The position numbers and the translations under genes were made by a program. A model generated the notes under the pieces. That model did no database searches, was not told the origin of the DNA, and worked only from the letters and a program-made list of their open reading frames with translations. This document shows positions 41,520 to 55,995 of a stretch of 64,000 nt of DNA, piece after piece. Position 1 is the stretch's first letter, and each line of letters opens with the position of its first letter. Location: assembly GCA_013239625.1 (NCBI GenBank), contig MU054400.1, positions 1,771,345-1,835,344 of the forward strand. Reading direction: 5' to 3'. Origin of the DNA: Lama guanicoe (Eukaryota).

Positions 41520-43172
41520 TCACGCCTCCTCCACAGTTACCAGAGCCCTGCCCACGCCCCTCGGGGGGCAAGCTGGGAAAACCCTCAAGTGTCTGTAGCA
41601 GCTTCCAAAGCCGCGTGGCTGGTCCCTTCCAGAGAGACACGCCAAGGACCGAGGAGAGCCACAGGGCCTGGCAGTCACTGTCCCTGGTAGGAAGTCCCAC
41701 ACGATGACAGCCCCAGCCACTGTCACCGCCACCCGCATCTTAGGTACAGGCTGCTCAAGCTCTTTGTGAAACAGAGAGTCTGGTCTCAGGGGCAGACAGA
41801 CTCACATTAACCCATCTCAAAAAGACTTGGTTATGAGGCTGGGAAGCTAACTTACTCACAGCTTGAGATGTCATCTGTTTAACATGCTCTCTCCCTCCCC
41901 AGGGATGGGAGACTAAGCTGACTGCAGGGCCAGGCAGGCCTGAGACCAGGGAACGTGGGCTGGCGATAGGGCGTCGGGGACCAGAAACGAGGGTACTGGC
42001 TCCCATGAAGGGGTCAGCCCAGCACCGCCCTGGAAGCCAGGCCAACGATGGCCAGCTTCCCCGGGACATCACCAAGCCTGGTTTAGAAGTGGAATCCTTT
42101 GAATTTTAAACATCGCAGCAAACTATTTTTGAAAACACTGTAGCACCAAATAAAAAATACTCATGGGCCTGATTCAGTGGGGAAGGGGGTGGGGGGACAA
42201 GCCAGTTACCAGACCCTGGTTCAGGCTCATCTTGTCACTGTCCCCTCGTTCCCCTACACTGATTAAGCCCCCTTCAGACCTCCTGGTACTTCTTAGCCAG
42301 GTTGATTCTTTCACCGAAGGCTCAGGCCTGGGGACTATTGTTTCTGACTAAAGTAATTTTGCAGATGTGTGCAGATTCTTTGTTTTAGAGTTTAAGTCTC
42401 AGTGGCCCATCTTTTTTTTTTTTTTGCTTTCCAGGTTCTTGAGGCCCAGGCAGATGCACCACCCAGTCAATCCCAGTCACTGCCTCCAGTGCTCAGATAA
42501 CCTGATCTTTACTCAGCCTGTGAGGAACCTCACACGCAACCCGGGTCAGAGTGTGACTGAGATGCCCCGATCACACAGGTGCTGCCACCCTAGCTCCCGA
42601 GCACTGGAGCTCACCATCTCCGGACACACCAGATGCACTGAAGGGTTCAGTGGCTCACTGGTGGTTCCATCTGATGAATCTTTGTCTCACACCTGCTTTA
42701 TGCCATGACAGAGCTAGGCACTGGGGGCACAATGGAGGCTCCAATGATACTCTGTATGGAACTATCCCCAACTCTGTATGGAACTGTATACAGGACATAA
42801 AGGTAGGCCCTAATAAATTTCTTTTCTGCAAGTTGGTGCATTTTCTCACAGGACCAGTATCACACTTGGTAGACAAGGACCCAGAGCATCTCCCTAAACA
42901 GGTGCTTCTCCCTTCAGTCAGTTACCCTGAGCTCCTGTTAGCACGTGGGTTCTGGTTCAGCAGGTCTGAGCGGGGCACGAGAGTCCACATTTCTAATTAG
43001 CTCCCCGGTGATGCTGAGCTGCCGTCCCGTGGACCACACTTGGGTAATAAGCCTCTAAACCAGAGGCTCTCAGCCTGACTGCACCTTAGAATCACCTAGG
43101 GGAGCTTTGAAATACTATCACTGTTTAAACCGGGACCCTACCCTAGACCCAATTAAATCAGAATCTGGGTCC

Positions 43173-43610
43173 TCACCAAAAAATGTGTACATGAGTCTTC
43201 ACAACAGTGTTATTCATACGAGCTAAAACGTGGCTATCAACTGATGAAAGGAAAAAGGGAGGTGGTCTGTCCATACAGTGGAATATTATTCAGCCATAAA
43301 AGGGAGGAAGTACTTACTGATTCATGCTACAACATGGATGAACCTTGAAAACAGCAAGCTAGGTGAAAAGCCAAAGACAAAAGGCCATGTATTATATGAT
43401 TCCATTTGCATAAAATGCTCAGAATAGATAAATCTAGAGAGACAGAAATGTAGCTTAGTAGCTGCCAGGGACTGGGGGGAGGGCAGAATAGGAAGGACTG
43501 TTTGAGTGCTGGTTTCAAACGTGGGTGATAAAAATGTTCTGGGAGTAGGTCACGGTGATAGTGGCCCAACTTTGCGAACATACTAGACCCACTGAATTGT
43601 ACACATTAAT
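43173..43610 (+). mobile_element. L1MB-like 3' end within a cluster of MER5-type elements (~42915-43790)
   Basis: tggaatattattcagccataaaagg...catgctacaacatggatgaaccttgaaaac...ccactgaattgtacac. Confidence 0.8.
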
Positions 43611-45284
43611 ATCTGCCAAAAGAAAAGAACACTTTCGAAAATCCAATTGTCTTGGAGGAGCAATTCTCAAGTTCTGACATGCTTTAAAACCTCCTGGAGA
43701 TAGCAGGGCCCCATCCCAGGCCTGAGGCAGCGGTCAAGTTCTGGGGTGATGCTGCTGCCGCTAACCTGGGGACCCGACTTGGGGGACCATGGCCTTAGCC
43801 CACTCAGAAGATCAAGGTCACACAACTCCTTGAAATGAGGAGATCTTTCCTTTCATAAAGACTGGAAACTACCAGGCTAAATGCCATGAAATTTCTTTTC
43901 TATGTGCTGAATGTACGCATTGAATAAAAAGCGTTCCTTTCTATGTTTTGGTGTGCTTAGGAGTAAAAAACAGCTTCAAATAAATATTTACTGATGAACG
44001 AGAGGTTTGGGTTCTAATCCCGTAACTCAGAAATCATGTTTGATGAAAGCTCCCTGAAGAAAGAAAATCAGCTTTCACAATAGCCGAGTTTGGGTCTGTG
44101 CTCATATTAGTGAACTCTACAGATGGGATCCGGGATTACTGTGGATTCCACATAATCCACTGAGCCTTACAAATGGCTTCAGGTTCAGATACTCAATTTT
44201 TAATACCACAGTCACCACAGAAAACAATAAAAATGCATTTTCCTTTAGTCTCGCCCCTCCCTGCATGAAGGAATTAAGCAACAAAAACACAAGAGGATCT
44301 GAGGTACACATCATTACGCCACCATTAATGATACACTTCTCGATCTAACATGAATTTAAAGATGATTCTGACTGAAAGATTTAAATCCAACAGGCTTTAT
44401 TACATTCAATTGTATATAGCATTTACAAAAGCCCCAGAAATCTAAAGGACTGTAAGATGACCGTGTAAATGGAGAGATAGAGAAGGATTAAAAAATGATT
44501 TCACACGTCCTTTCTGGTGAGTATTTTTACTGTTTTGCTCGTTTAAAACTGCTTTTTTTCTCATTTTTTTTAAACCCCTAAGCCTGGTCATGAATGTGAT
44601 CTTAGCTTCTCATTTATCAAATTCTTCTTAAATTTTAGATTAACCTTACAATAAAACAACTTATCAAACAAGAAAAACTAAACTCTCTCAAGACAGGGTT
44701 TAAATCATGAGTACATGCATCATCCCATGGTTTCCAGATTCCTTTTGAATTCTAAGAACCGTGTTGACTTAAAAAGGCCATTTCTGTCTGTGCAAGGACA
44801 CAGCATTGTCTTAGTTTCCTTTAGAGACATAAAAATGCTCACAATGATCCACTATTCATACCTTAGCTATTCAGTCAAACGCAGGGAAATGCCAGCAGAT
44901 TTAATGGAGACGGACTTAACTAGGGTTATTAACTAAAACTTTGTACTCTCTTACTTTCAAATGGAACTTTTCTCAACAACAACAACAAAAACAACAAAAG
45001 ATCCATCCTTAATTTACATTGTGACAGATATCCAATTTTTAATCTCCAAACAAGATTTTAAAGAAAATAAATGACAAAAGTGAGTCATTTGGTCCCTGAC
45101 GAATTAATGCCTGGCGTTAGCATTTGATTTAGAGGGCAAGACTAATCTCTCTCTCTCCCCCTCCTATCTGTCTGTCTGTCTGTCTATTTCTGGTAGCTCA
45201 TACAGCTCCTGCCCCCTGAGCTATGCAGATAGTAGGAACTGAGGAAGAACTTAATAAATAGGTGAACAAAATTTTCAAGCCAAA

Positions 45285-45582
45285 AGCAAGCCAAAGCCCC
45301 ATACTGTTCAATTCCATTTACATGAAATGTCCAAAACAGGTTAATCCATACAGACAGAAAGTAGGTTGGTGGTTTCCAGGGGCGGGGGTGGAGGGAGACG
45401 GAGTGAGTAGTGACTGCTAATGGATACAGACTTTCTCACTGGGGTGCTGAGAAATGTTCTGGAACTGACAGTGGAGATGGTTGCGTAACATTGTGAGTGG
45501 ACTTAATGCTGCTGAATTGTATCCTTTGAAATGGTGGAAATAATTTGTTATGTGAATTTACCTTAATTAAAAAAAAAGAAAA
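45285..45582 (+). mobile_element. L1MB-like 3' end
   Basis: ttccatttacatgaaatgtccaaaacagg...aatgttctggaact...tgtgaatttaccttaattaaaaaaaa. Confidence 0.8.
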
Positions 45583-46496
45583 GGCCAGATGGCATAACAC
45601 CAACCACCACTCACAACGTCCATCAACTACATATCCCCTTTCCCCCCAACACACACCTGCTGCCCCGCCCCCAAGCGTCAACCTCCGCCAATGGCTGTGC
45701 GCGAACTAACAGCAGACACCGCCTACGTTCCAATGTCACCTAGTGTGGCTACTGTGGAGCTTCACCGGACACTCGTGGATAACGAGAGAGCACAATATCC
45801 AAGCACCCTTTATGGGCCCTGAACACGATGATCAGGGCACACTGCATTTGCTTCTCTGCTGCATTCGGACCCACGCAGATTATTCTGAGAGATGACTAGA
45901 CACAATGATTTTTTCCGTCTCCAACATAGAGCCTCATCAAAAACTAAGCATGCACGGGCTCTTCTCCATCCACCGAGCTGGCCCTCCCGGAACCCCGCTC
46001 AGCATTGGCCAAGGCTGTTAGCGGAAGCCAAACCCCCAAATCCACGGACTGTTTGCATGTGGCCCTGACAGAGGGAGATGAGGCAGGAGGAGGCTCGAGA
46101 GCTGGAAAATGCATAGTTGGGCTGAGAAGAGTCTAGGAGGGGAGAGAAGCCGGCCCTCCCCCGAGTTGGGTCAGTTTGCAAGTGGAATGTGGGATGACAC
46201 ACAGCCCATTCTATCAAGGGATCTTCTCCCTCCCAGAAAAGCTTAAGATCCAAAAGATAGGCCGCAGGGCTGCACTAGCTATGAATTTGCCCACATCCTA
46301 AAGACAGTCATCTTCTGTTTATTTTTAGCACCCCACTGTCAGATGTTTTCAGAGAGCACCTCCTCCTTATACCCACTGCTTCTCTGTGCAGTTAATTACA
46401 CTCCCGATGACAACTGAAAAATCCCAAGACAATTAAGTGCAAGAGAAACATTCCAAGCCAGGATGCTGAGCTGCTCAGTGGAGACGTTCTGCGCTA

Positions 46497-46730
<234 letters not shown>

Positions 46731-49259
46731 TCAGCCATGAAGCCTTGCAGCCTAGCCTGGGGAGGGGAGCGGGGAGAGGCAGGTGCACGGCGATGTTCTG
46801 AAAGAACAGGTATTATGCCCAAGAAAACAAAGCAGAGAAAACGGTGACAGCGAAACTCAATGGAAATGCTTAACAAGACGCCCAAAACAAACGCGGGACA
46901 CAGGCAGGTGTCAGTCAGCACGGCTTTCCACGTCCTGCCTCCTTCCTTCTCTCCAGGTCACAGCTTCAAATAACATTTTCTCCTCTGATTCCTCCCACCC
47001 CCTTCTGATGGATAAATTGCTCCTGAGCACCATTCAGATTGTTGGCCCAGTGAAATATTCTTTAGCCTGTGAGGTGGAAAAATGTCACTGCACAGGACTA
47101 GCTTTCCCAAAATGATGGTGCCTTTGAACTCAGATCAAGATTTAAGAAATGGAGTCAGCCAGGCACAGATCCTTTGTATAATTTTAGTATTATTTTAGTG
47201 TTATCAATGAGGCAGTCGTTTGCATGAAAAAAACACTTTTTATAACTTCCTGCTTTGAATCAAGACAGCACTATGCAGACTGAAATTCTGGCTGAGGTTC
47301 GTGATTCTGGAATGTTCTAATTGCATTAAAATATCCGGAGCCCAATAACCAGCTAAGGGGGTTCTATGGGATTTCTGATCCCTTTAATTACAAGACCACT
47401 GCTGTTGACTTGCAATATTAACCTTATAAATGCACACAAGTGTGGTAATGATGTATTTAGATTTCAGTTAGTATGTAAAACAAGCACCTTAAAATCAAAG
47501 AAATACAACGATTACCATTATTATTTCTACGGATCTGACATTCCCACTTATTCATCATTTTGTCACTGTGGCTGCTTGGGATCAGTTCTGACTCTACATC
47601 CAAATGTGAATATGAAACAGCATCCTATTCTCCCTCAAATCCTCTTCCATAATAAGCAGGGGTTCAATCACCAGCCAATTCTACAATGTCTGGGACTATT
47701 CTGTATGCAGACAAATTCTTTATGTATAAAGGACCATCTGCATCAAACATAAATGTGTAACAAGGATAATTTAATATAGAAGACAATTCTTTAAAATAGT
47801 TTGAAAGAAAGCATCCAAATCACAGGGAAACAGAGCAGCGTTTTGCTGGATATCTCAGCAGAGAAAAAATGGATTAAAAGTACAAACACACACAGATGTC
47901 AGAACCCTCCATTCAATGCTCCACCCTCTGCCCTAGAAACTAGCAAATTTCTTAACTCAGTCGGGTGCTCCCAAGCTGATCCTGTGTTCCTTAGATTTAA
48001 GAAAAGGAGTATTTTTCTGGAGCACTAGGAGAAAATGGCACTTATACAGCAAAGAAAGAATGAAGAAAAATACAAATGATTCTTGTCATTCATCTTTCAC
48101 AATATCTAGAAACTCAGTTTTGACTCAAAATCTTTTATTTTTACACATTCCCCAGATTTCTTTTAATTTGTTTAAATCATCACCTCTAAAAGATTAAAAC
48201 TAACAGTATACATATTTTTTAATTATAAAACTTCTGGAGTGTCGTTAATAGAAAAGCTGAGACAGTTTCTATAAGAACAACAGAGCAAAAAAATGAAAAT
48301 AGCCTAAAAGAGAAAGGATTTTTCTCCTTTCTTTCTTCTTATCTCTATTAAAGTCATCAAAATTGATACATGCTGAAGCACAACCAATGAAGCCAGATAG
48401 ACAGACAGACAGATGATAGGGAGATAGATGGCTGACTGACAGAGACACGAGCCTTCCCCTTTCACTTCCCTTCACTCGGTCCCTATTCCTGCCCCTTCTG
48501 TCCCTCGGGTCCCCACCTCACCCCAAACTCCCCCACCACTGGTGACCACTTCATCTCTATCCTTCCCCACTTTTGCCGTTCTCATACAAAATATATGCCA
48601 ACATGATTATATATGTAAGGAATTTTTAAATATAATTGAATCTCACAAAATAAGATCATACTGCATATGTTTCTCTAGCTTTTCTCATTTAACTCTATAC
48701 CCTGCCCATCCATCCAGGGCAGTAGATAAGCGCTAACTCACTGTCTGTAATAACTGCCTGAGCGTTCACATGATACACTAGAATTTACTCCACTATTCCT
48801 TTTTAATCATCATTCAGGTTGCTTCCACATTTTAATATGCAAACAATTCTATTCTATTATATGTACATCTGTGGATATATTATTAAATACATTTTTATTT
48901 CATATATCATTAAATATTTCATATATTATTAAATATATATTTTAATATAGACTCCCAATATTTGAATCTGGGGGAATAAAATCAGCTGACTGAAGGCAAA
49001 GAGAGGAAAGGAGGATCACAGAAGGCAGACCCCAATGAGAGCTGTCATTTTGTCTCCTATCTGGGCAGCTTATCTGCCTGCATGCCCTAGGCTGGCTTCA
49101 GTAGGTACCTGAGCTCACCAGACACAAATGGGGATTTGCGTTCTTCCTAAGGGATCAAGCAGTGAGGCTCAGCGGCAGCTTCCCGGGCGGCCATCTTTCA
49201 GTACCCCTGACTGTAGGAAGTCCTTCCACCCCAGTCATCCTTGTCCAAGACCTGAGGCT

Positions 49260-49620
49260 CCAGAATGAGCTAATGCTTCTCCCACACGGAGAGCCCTTCC
49301 ATCAGTTGATGACAGTGCTCACGGCCCTTCCGAGTCTTCTCTAAAATAAATATCCCCAGTTCTTTTAACTGCTCCTCATATGAAACAGTTTCAAGTGCCC
49401 TCACCCTGAGTGTATTCCTGTCTCCTCTGTGTTTCTTCAAGCCAAGCAGGGGGCCCCAGGGGTGGTCACAGCCGCTCACGTGAGGGGACCATCACCGGCC
49501 TCACCCTGGACGTGCCTGTTGCTCCCTCTCAACAGCTTCAACTCAATGCTGATTCACTCTGAGTTTACAATAGACCAACATCCATAATTCTTTTCATATA
49601 TGCTGTTGCTGAGTCACACA
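49260..49620 (-). mobile_element. CR1/L3 LINE fragment
   Basis: Minus translation LETVSYEEQLKELGIFILEKTR resembles the CR1 ORF2 motif SYEERLKELGLFSLEKRR. Confidence 0.8.
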
Positions 49621-52600
49621 GAAGCAGCCACTAAGCTCCTGACATCTCCCTCTATCTTCGAGGATGTGACCATGGAGGAAATTAATACAAGGTACTAGCG
49701 ATATGCTCACCACCAGACCTCTCATCAGAGGGATGAGAGCGGGTAGCAGAAAAAGCAAGTGGTGGCACCTTTCAAGTCTGAGACTTTCTACCCATTTTCT
49801 TCTACCATCCTACACACCCCTGCTGTGTCTTTCTCTCATGTTGATCCAGCATCCCTGATCCCATGTCGCCCATAAAAGAAAAACTTTCCCTGTAGGTTAA
49901 AAGGAGCACGTGATTTTGACAAAATGAACCACGGGCAGCATCAGGGACTGGTGCCCACGAGAAGCTCAGCCTCACCGCCTGGGCCTGAAGAGGCTGCTGT
50001 GGCAGCGGGCTTCTCCTTGAAGAACTCACTGAAGGCTCCAGATGCAAAACTGTATCATGCAGCCAGCAGTCAAGCTAAGGAATGCTTCTTCACAGGGTTG
50101 GAATGGGGTGAAAAGATCATTTTCCCCCACCCCAGTGTTTATCTAGTTATGGATGACAAGGTTTACAAGGGTCTGGACCTGTCTGTCTTGTTCGGGTTTT
50201 ATCCCCAGAGCAAATTATTGATAAAAGACTATCTCTCCATCTGCCTGGTTGAACAAATGCATGATGATGCTCAGCCTTTGAGGCAGATGTCAGGGTGGAC
50301 AGCCGAGCCTCGCCATCACATTCATCCCATCAGAATACTGGCCTAGAAGGTCCAAAGCCTGAATCACGACAGCAATTTCTAGGATTTATATTTTGAAAAC
50401 CTCACATCCTATAACTCAACCTCTGCTCTTCAACATCTGGGACAAATTCAGGGACTCTGGAGTAGGTTAGAACAGCGACTTCTAGAGGGAGGATTAATTA
50501 ATTCAATCAACAGATTTGTTTTGAGTACGTACTAGGCACAGGTTTAGACGAAAACACAAAAAAATTCTGTCCTCATGGAGGACACATTCTAGCGGAGTAA
50601 ACCCACAAAAGTACGGTAAATCAAAATAAATAAGTGACATACATGGGACAGTGGAAGGTCGTAAATGTTATGGAGAAGAATAAAGGATTTAAAGGCTGAG
50701 AGAAGACCACCCCCACTTCTGTTCCCTTTTCTTATCACCAGGCAATCAAATCCATGCAGGCAAGTGCAATTCTCTTTACTACCTTCTAGAAAACTAAACC
50801 AGGGGAGAAATACAATTATTTAAAATTTTAAATCATTAAAGAAACCAACCCCCCCCCCCAACGCTGGTTTGGGGTCAGAAGCTTTGCTGTGGAGCACGGG
50901 CGTGCGCCCACAGCTGCTGTGTAAATGCTGGAAAAGGAGCCTCCCCGGGTCCCACCTGACCGCCGGCACATCCTCCCTGGCACGTGTCTAAGGTCGAAAT
51001 CCCCTTGTGGAGATGAGCCTATCCCCTTCTCCAAGCAGCTAAGTGTCTCAGCTCATTCCAGCTTCCACATCTTCTTATTCTTAAGCTACAGGGAAAGGGG
51101 AATGAATGAAGCAAAGGATGACTCTGACCTGTGCCAAACATTTGGCGCAGAACCAGAGTTGGAAATGCCTGACGAGGGAGCGGGAGCCACGTGGCACGGA
51201 GGTAACACGCAGGCAACGAAGCCCACGCTGTGCTCGGGGGCCCTACCCCAGCAGTGGCCTCACGAGCAGGCACCAGCGCCTTCACCAGATTGGGCGGCAT
51301 GGTCATCCCCCGTGGGACGACGCTATGGTTCATTTCCACTGCGGTACTAAGGCTCCAGCATCAGTGACAGGAGCACATGGGGTGGTGGGAACCCTAAACC
51401 CCCGGGGGGATCAGTGCCCAGACTTTGAAAGGGACTTCCAATAGTGACCTTGAACAAACCACTTAACTTCTCTGCTTCCTGCTCTGGAAGAGGGGCGAAC
51501 ACTGGGGGCCATGGCAACCTCCCCGGAGGTGTTTAAACAGACCCACTGGGCTCTTGGCAGGTGCACACGGCACAGTATCCCAACAAAACAAAAGCTCACA
51601 CTTAGGTAAACACTCCCACCAGGAGAAAAGAAGAGGACGGTGGAAACAGGAGGGAGGAGATGGGGAAGACGAAACTGCATTCAAATCAACAGCTGAAAAT
51701 CAGCATTTACTCAGCCATGTAAGCGCTAAAAATGAGAATAGCACTGAGTAGCAGAAAAGGGAAAAAAATGCAAAAATTCACTTAAAAACTGCCAGGAGCA
51801 TGTAATTGCACCTAGGAAAGCAAGGCTCCTCTCTCACAGCCCTCTATTACCTGCTAGAGGAGGGGTGGGGAGGCCAAGTACCACCGCGGGGCAGCTCAGT
51901 GGCCCCTTTTTGCATTAGCAGATCCTGGGGTATTATCATTTTGGTGGTTTGTTAACAGTGAGAACGTGGGGAGAGGAACAGCCGTTTACAAAGCAGAGAC
52001 AGGCCTCCTCATCTCCACTTTGAGACCTTGCCCAGAAATGGAGATACGAAATGATCAGGGGAGCAGGCTTCCCAGTGAAAATGACAGAAAATGGCTTTCT
52101 ATTTTTAACCGACAATGGTCCTCAAATCTTTGTAAAAACAAATAGGATTTTTTTTTTTTTGTCTAAGGAAACATCCCTCAGCATCTTTTCTTAAAATGCA
52201 ATGGTCTTCCTCTAATCATCACAGACAACAGAAAAGCAAAAAACCGTAACTTTGGGACTATACATATAAACTCATGACCTTTCTCATACACATTCTGGCT
52301 GACAGCTATGAAAAACTTCCCCAGACTCCTTTTAACAGCAGTCAAAGCGTAGAGCTCGTGGCTCCAGCAGATGTGAGGACAATACCTATGCCTGGAATGT
52401 GTCTCTCTTACGCCTCCCTCCTCTGGGATCCTATTGGAAAAAAAAAAAAAAAGTGACTTTTTTTTTTTTTTTTGGTCACACTTTCAGACTCTGGAGAAAT
52501 ACTGCAAAGGGTTTGGGGTTGCAGAAAAGACCCCTATCACCCTGCAAATAAGAGGCTTACTTTCCAAAGGACCCCAAGCAGGCGTCGGGGGTTCAGTATG

Positions 52601-53374
52601 ACTGACACCTTTTTATTCCTAACCAGATGAACGCTCCCTCCCAGGTCCTTCCGGGGGCTTTGGACTGAGAGCTGAGGAACACACTCCACTCTCCGCTGGG
52701 CACAGGGATGCTGCTGACTCAGCGATGAAACTCCGTGATCAAACAGCTCAGGAGCGCGCACTCCTTCTACACATGCGCAAAACGACACTGCGCGCCAAGA
52801 GGGCAAAGCATTACTCGCTCAGTCAACGAGCTACCACTCTTGGGATACGATCAAACGAACCAGCCACAGAGAACTGCTCACTTAACGGCTGCTCTTTTCT
52901 GGCTGGAAATGATGAGTATCATTCAGCGACAACTGTTACTATCATTAACAGCAGGGATGATCTCCATCTCTCCTTTCCTAAGATGACAAACAGCAGCCTC
53001 CAAGATGTTACTGGCAATGTATCTCCTCTACTTCCAAAGCAGGGATTTAAAAAAATTTTTTTATTTAATTCATCCTCCTCCAGTTACAGCTCTCTCTCAT
53101 GCTTTAATCACACACAGGCACAACCTCTGAGTGAAGTCACACTTAAGAACTCTTAGGAGAGACTGGAGGGCTAAGCCACTACCTCAGGAATACTTGTTCT
53201 TGGAATTCTCCAACTGCCTTGGCTGCTCAGGAGAAGCTCTAACAGGGACTGTGATAGCCAACATGTCTAATCCCAAGTTCGCCCCTTGGACAAATGGCTC
53301 TGGCCAAACGTAAAACTCTCAGCTTCCATTTCTTCATCTGTAAAATGAGGATAATCATGGAACCAGCCACCTCA

Positions 53375-53700
53375 AGTAGGAACCTGCATAATTTCTCTGT
53401 AAAAGCCCAGAGAGTAAAGATTGTTTACTCTGTGGACTCAAGGTTGCTGTCTCAACTACTCCCCGAAGCTCTTGTAGCGTGAAAGCAACCACAGACAAAG
53501 ACATAAACAAATGGCATGATGTGTTCCAACAAAGCACTGAAATCTGAATTTCATATACTCTTCCTATGTCATAAAATATTAACTGTCTGTTTTTTTTCCC
53601 CAATCATTTAAAAATATGAAACCTATCTCCAGCTTGCAGCCGCACAGAACCAGATGGCAGACGGGGTTTCGCCCAGGGGCCATAGTTTACTGACCCCTGA
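53375..53700. mobile_element. MER58B-like element inserted in a MIR
   Basis: tctgtaaaagcccaga.agtaaa...aactact...aaagcaaccacagaca...agtttactgacccctg; MIR core ctcagcttccatttcttcatctgtaaaatgagg upstream. Confidence 0.7.
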
Positions 53701-55017
53701 TGTAGAGACCATGATGAGGATAAAATGAATTAGTGGTAAGGAGCACCCAGCAGGCTGCCTATGGGCTGTAATCAGCTCATAGGAGTTATTATTATTCTAG
53801 AGGTTGAAGAAGAAACCCACGTGCATGAGGCAGAGCCCTTCAACTTGACCTAAACCCTGTATCCTAGTTCAAAGGGTGAGAGATTCACTGAAATAGGTGC
53901 ATATATGAAGAGATACTTGGAAGTTCTGCTTCTAGAGACGAACTTTGCTGGCTGGGACTAGGGTGCAGTGAACTGAGAATTTCAGCCAAAAAAAAAAGTT
54001 AGCAGAAGTACATGCAAATGAAGGCAAGAGAACATGGAACTGAAGATGCCTGCTTGCTGCAATGTGTAACTAACTGGCCCTTCAGGAGTCATGTTGGTTG
54101 GTGTAATTCAATTAATAATAATGATAATTGTAACAGCCGGATGCAACTATTTATGTAACTTGGTGCTGAGATTTTCTTTTTTTTACTATAAAATTGCATC
54201 CAAAAATAACGCATTTCCAAGCAGAGGGAAATAGATATGAATAAAGCTTTCCTAATCTGGTGGACCCACGTTTGAATCCCCTCTAGTACCCATATGCCAA
54301 GCATGGAATCTCTTGGTCTATTACGGTTTCCACTCAGACACTTATGCTGCCAACACACATGTAGTTTTGAATGATGTGACCTATTATGGAACAACGTGGG
54401 TGCATCCAGAGGAAGAAGGAAGCACTACAAGTATCTCCCTGGTAATATAAGGGCTTCTCCAGGAGGATGCTCCTTTTCCTCTGCTTTCTCCACCACTCCG
54501 GCCACACTCCCTCTTTCCCATAGGGAGCCCACCATTGTACCCAATCAAATGACATCAACGTCACCACGAACCACACCATAAGGATCAGGTTAAAAGTTAG
54601 AAATCCGTGGTTTATCAAATGTCCACACCATTTAGAATTGCGCATTATAAATTAAGGTTTTTTTGGTCATTCATTACTTTTGTTATCATCATTTCTTTCC
54701 ATGTTGGAAAATAAAGAGCACAATGTGGGAATTATTTATAGGCCCGAACTGCATAGACTTTCTGAGAGAAGGATCCAAAAAGGAAATTTTGGATGAAATA
54801 GTAGAACCTGGGAGAAAAAGAGATACGTGGCCAAACCTACTGAGCTACGACTAGAATAAAAGAAACCTGCTCCCAAAGCTGGAAATAAGCTTTGGAAAGA
54901 AGAAAATTGGAAAGCGCAAAATCAGCCAAAACTAAATTACAGCAGTTGGGGACTTAATGTTGTATACTTGATTTATGCAACAGGTTTTGTTCAGCCATGT
55001 GTGTTTTGCTTTGTTTT

Positions 55018-55108
55018 TGTTTTGTTTTGTTTTATTCTGGTATTTTTTATTTTATTTTTTAGATTTTTAAAAATATTTTTATTGAAGTATAGTCAGTTAC
55101 AATGTGTC
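55018..55108 (-). mobile_element. Ultra-short L1 3' terminus insertion
   Basis: ~30 bp attgaagtatagtcagttacaatg plus tail; 16-bp TSD TGTTTTGCTTTGTTTT at 55002-55017 / 55109-55124; TT/AAAA site on minus. Confidence 0.8.
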
Positions 55109-55556
55109 TGTTTTGCTTTGTTTTAAAAGAACATGGCAGTTTAAATTCTTCTGCCTGCACCCTAAGAGGAACATGGTGATTCTAGTCAAGCATTTACTAT
55201 GAACAGATTACATGCACAGCCTTGTAGTTAGCCATGGACCAAGGAAGGAAATCTTCTAAATACTGGGGATCTCATTAGATATATGCATGAGGACAATGGG
55301 ACAGCCTGTCCCAATAGGTCTAGAGATGGGGTGACTGTCACTACAGGTGTTTGGAGAAGGAAAATGTGTGATGCTTTACTGTCAGAAGCGTAAGATCAAG
55401 TTACGCAAAAAACAAAAACAAACAAAAAAATACAAAAACCAAAAAACCCACATACACAAAGAAGAAAAAATAAGCCACAAAACAAAAGCATGAAGGTCAC
55501 CCAAAAAGCAACTAGAAATGCCGAAGGGTGTGGGACGTATAAATTGGGGTGCTCAG

Positions 55557-55995
55557 TGCAGTGGGCTGGGTAGTGTCCCCCCAAATTTCATATCCACCTG
55601 AAACCTCAGAATGTGACATTTTTTGGAAACAGGGTCTTTGAAGATCTAATTAAGTTAAGATGAGGTTATACCGGGTTAGAGTGAGCCCTAACTCCAATGA
55701 CTGATATCTTTATAAGAGAAAGGAGAGGGAAGCCTGGACACTGACACACAGAAGCATGGAGAGAAGGCGATGTAAAGATGGAGGCAGAGGCTGGAGTGAT
55801 GCAGCTACAAGCCAAGAGAGGAATGCCAAGGAGGGCCAGTAACCAGCAAGGGCTGGAAGCGCCTTCAGAGGGAGCATGACCCTGCTGACGCCTTGATTTC
55901 AGACTCCAGCCTCCAGAACTGACAGAATAAATGTCTATTGTTTTAAGCCACCCAGTGTATGGTGGTTTGTTATAGCAACCTTAGGAACTAATCCA
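55557..55995 (+). mobile_element. MLT1B/C-like MaLR solo LTR
   Basis: TG...CA ends, 5-bp TSD CTCAG at 55552-55556 / 55996-56000, AATAAA ~55926. Confidence 0.9.

Noticed and set aside
42749..42785. Direct repeat ACTCTGTATGGAACT x2 (22-bp period); similar imperfect pair at ~19509-19578
   Set aside because: Two units only; ordinary slippage duplications, not an array
48870..48950. AT-rich quasi-palindromic patch
   Set aside because: Low-complexity expansion within an old L1 fragment
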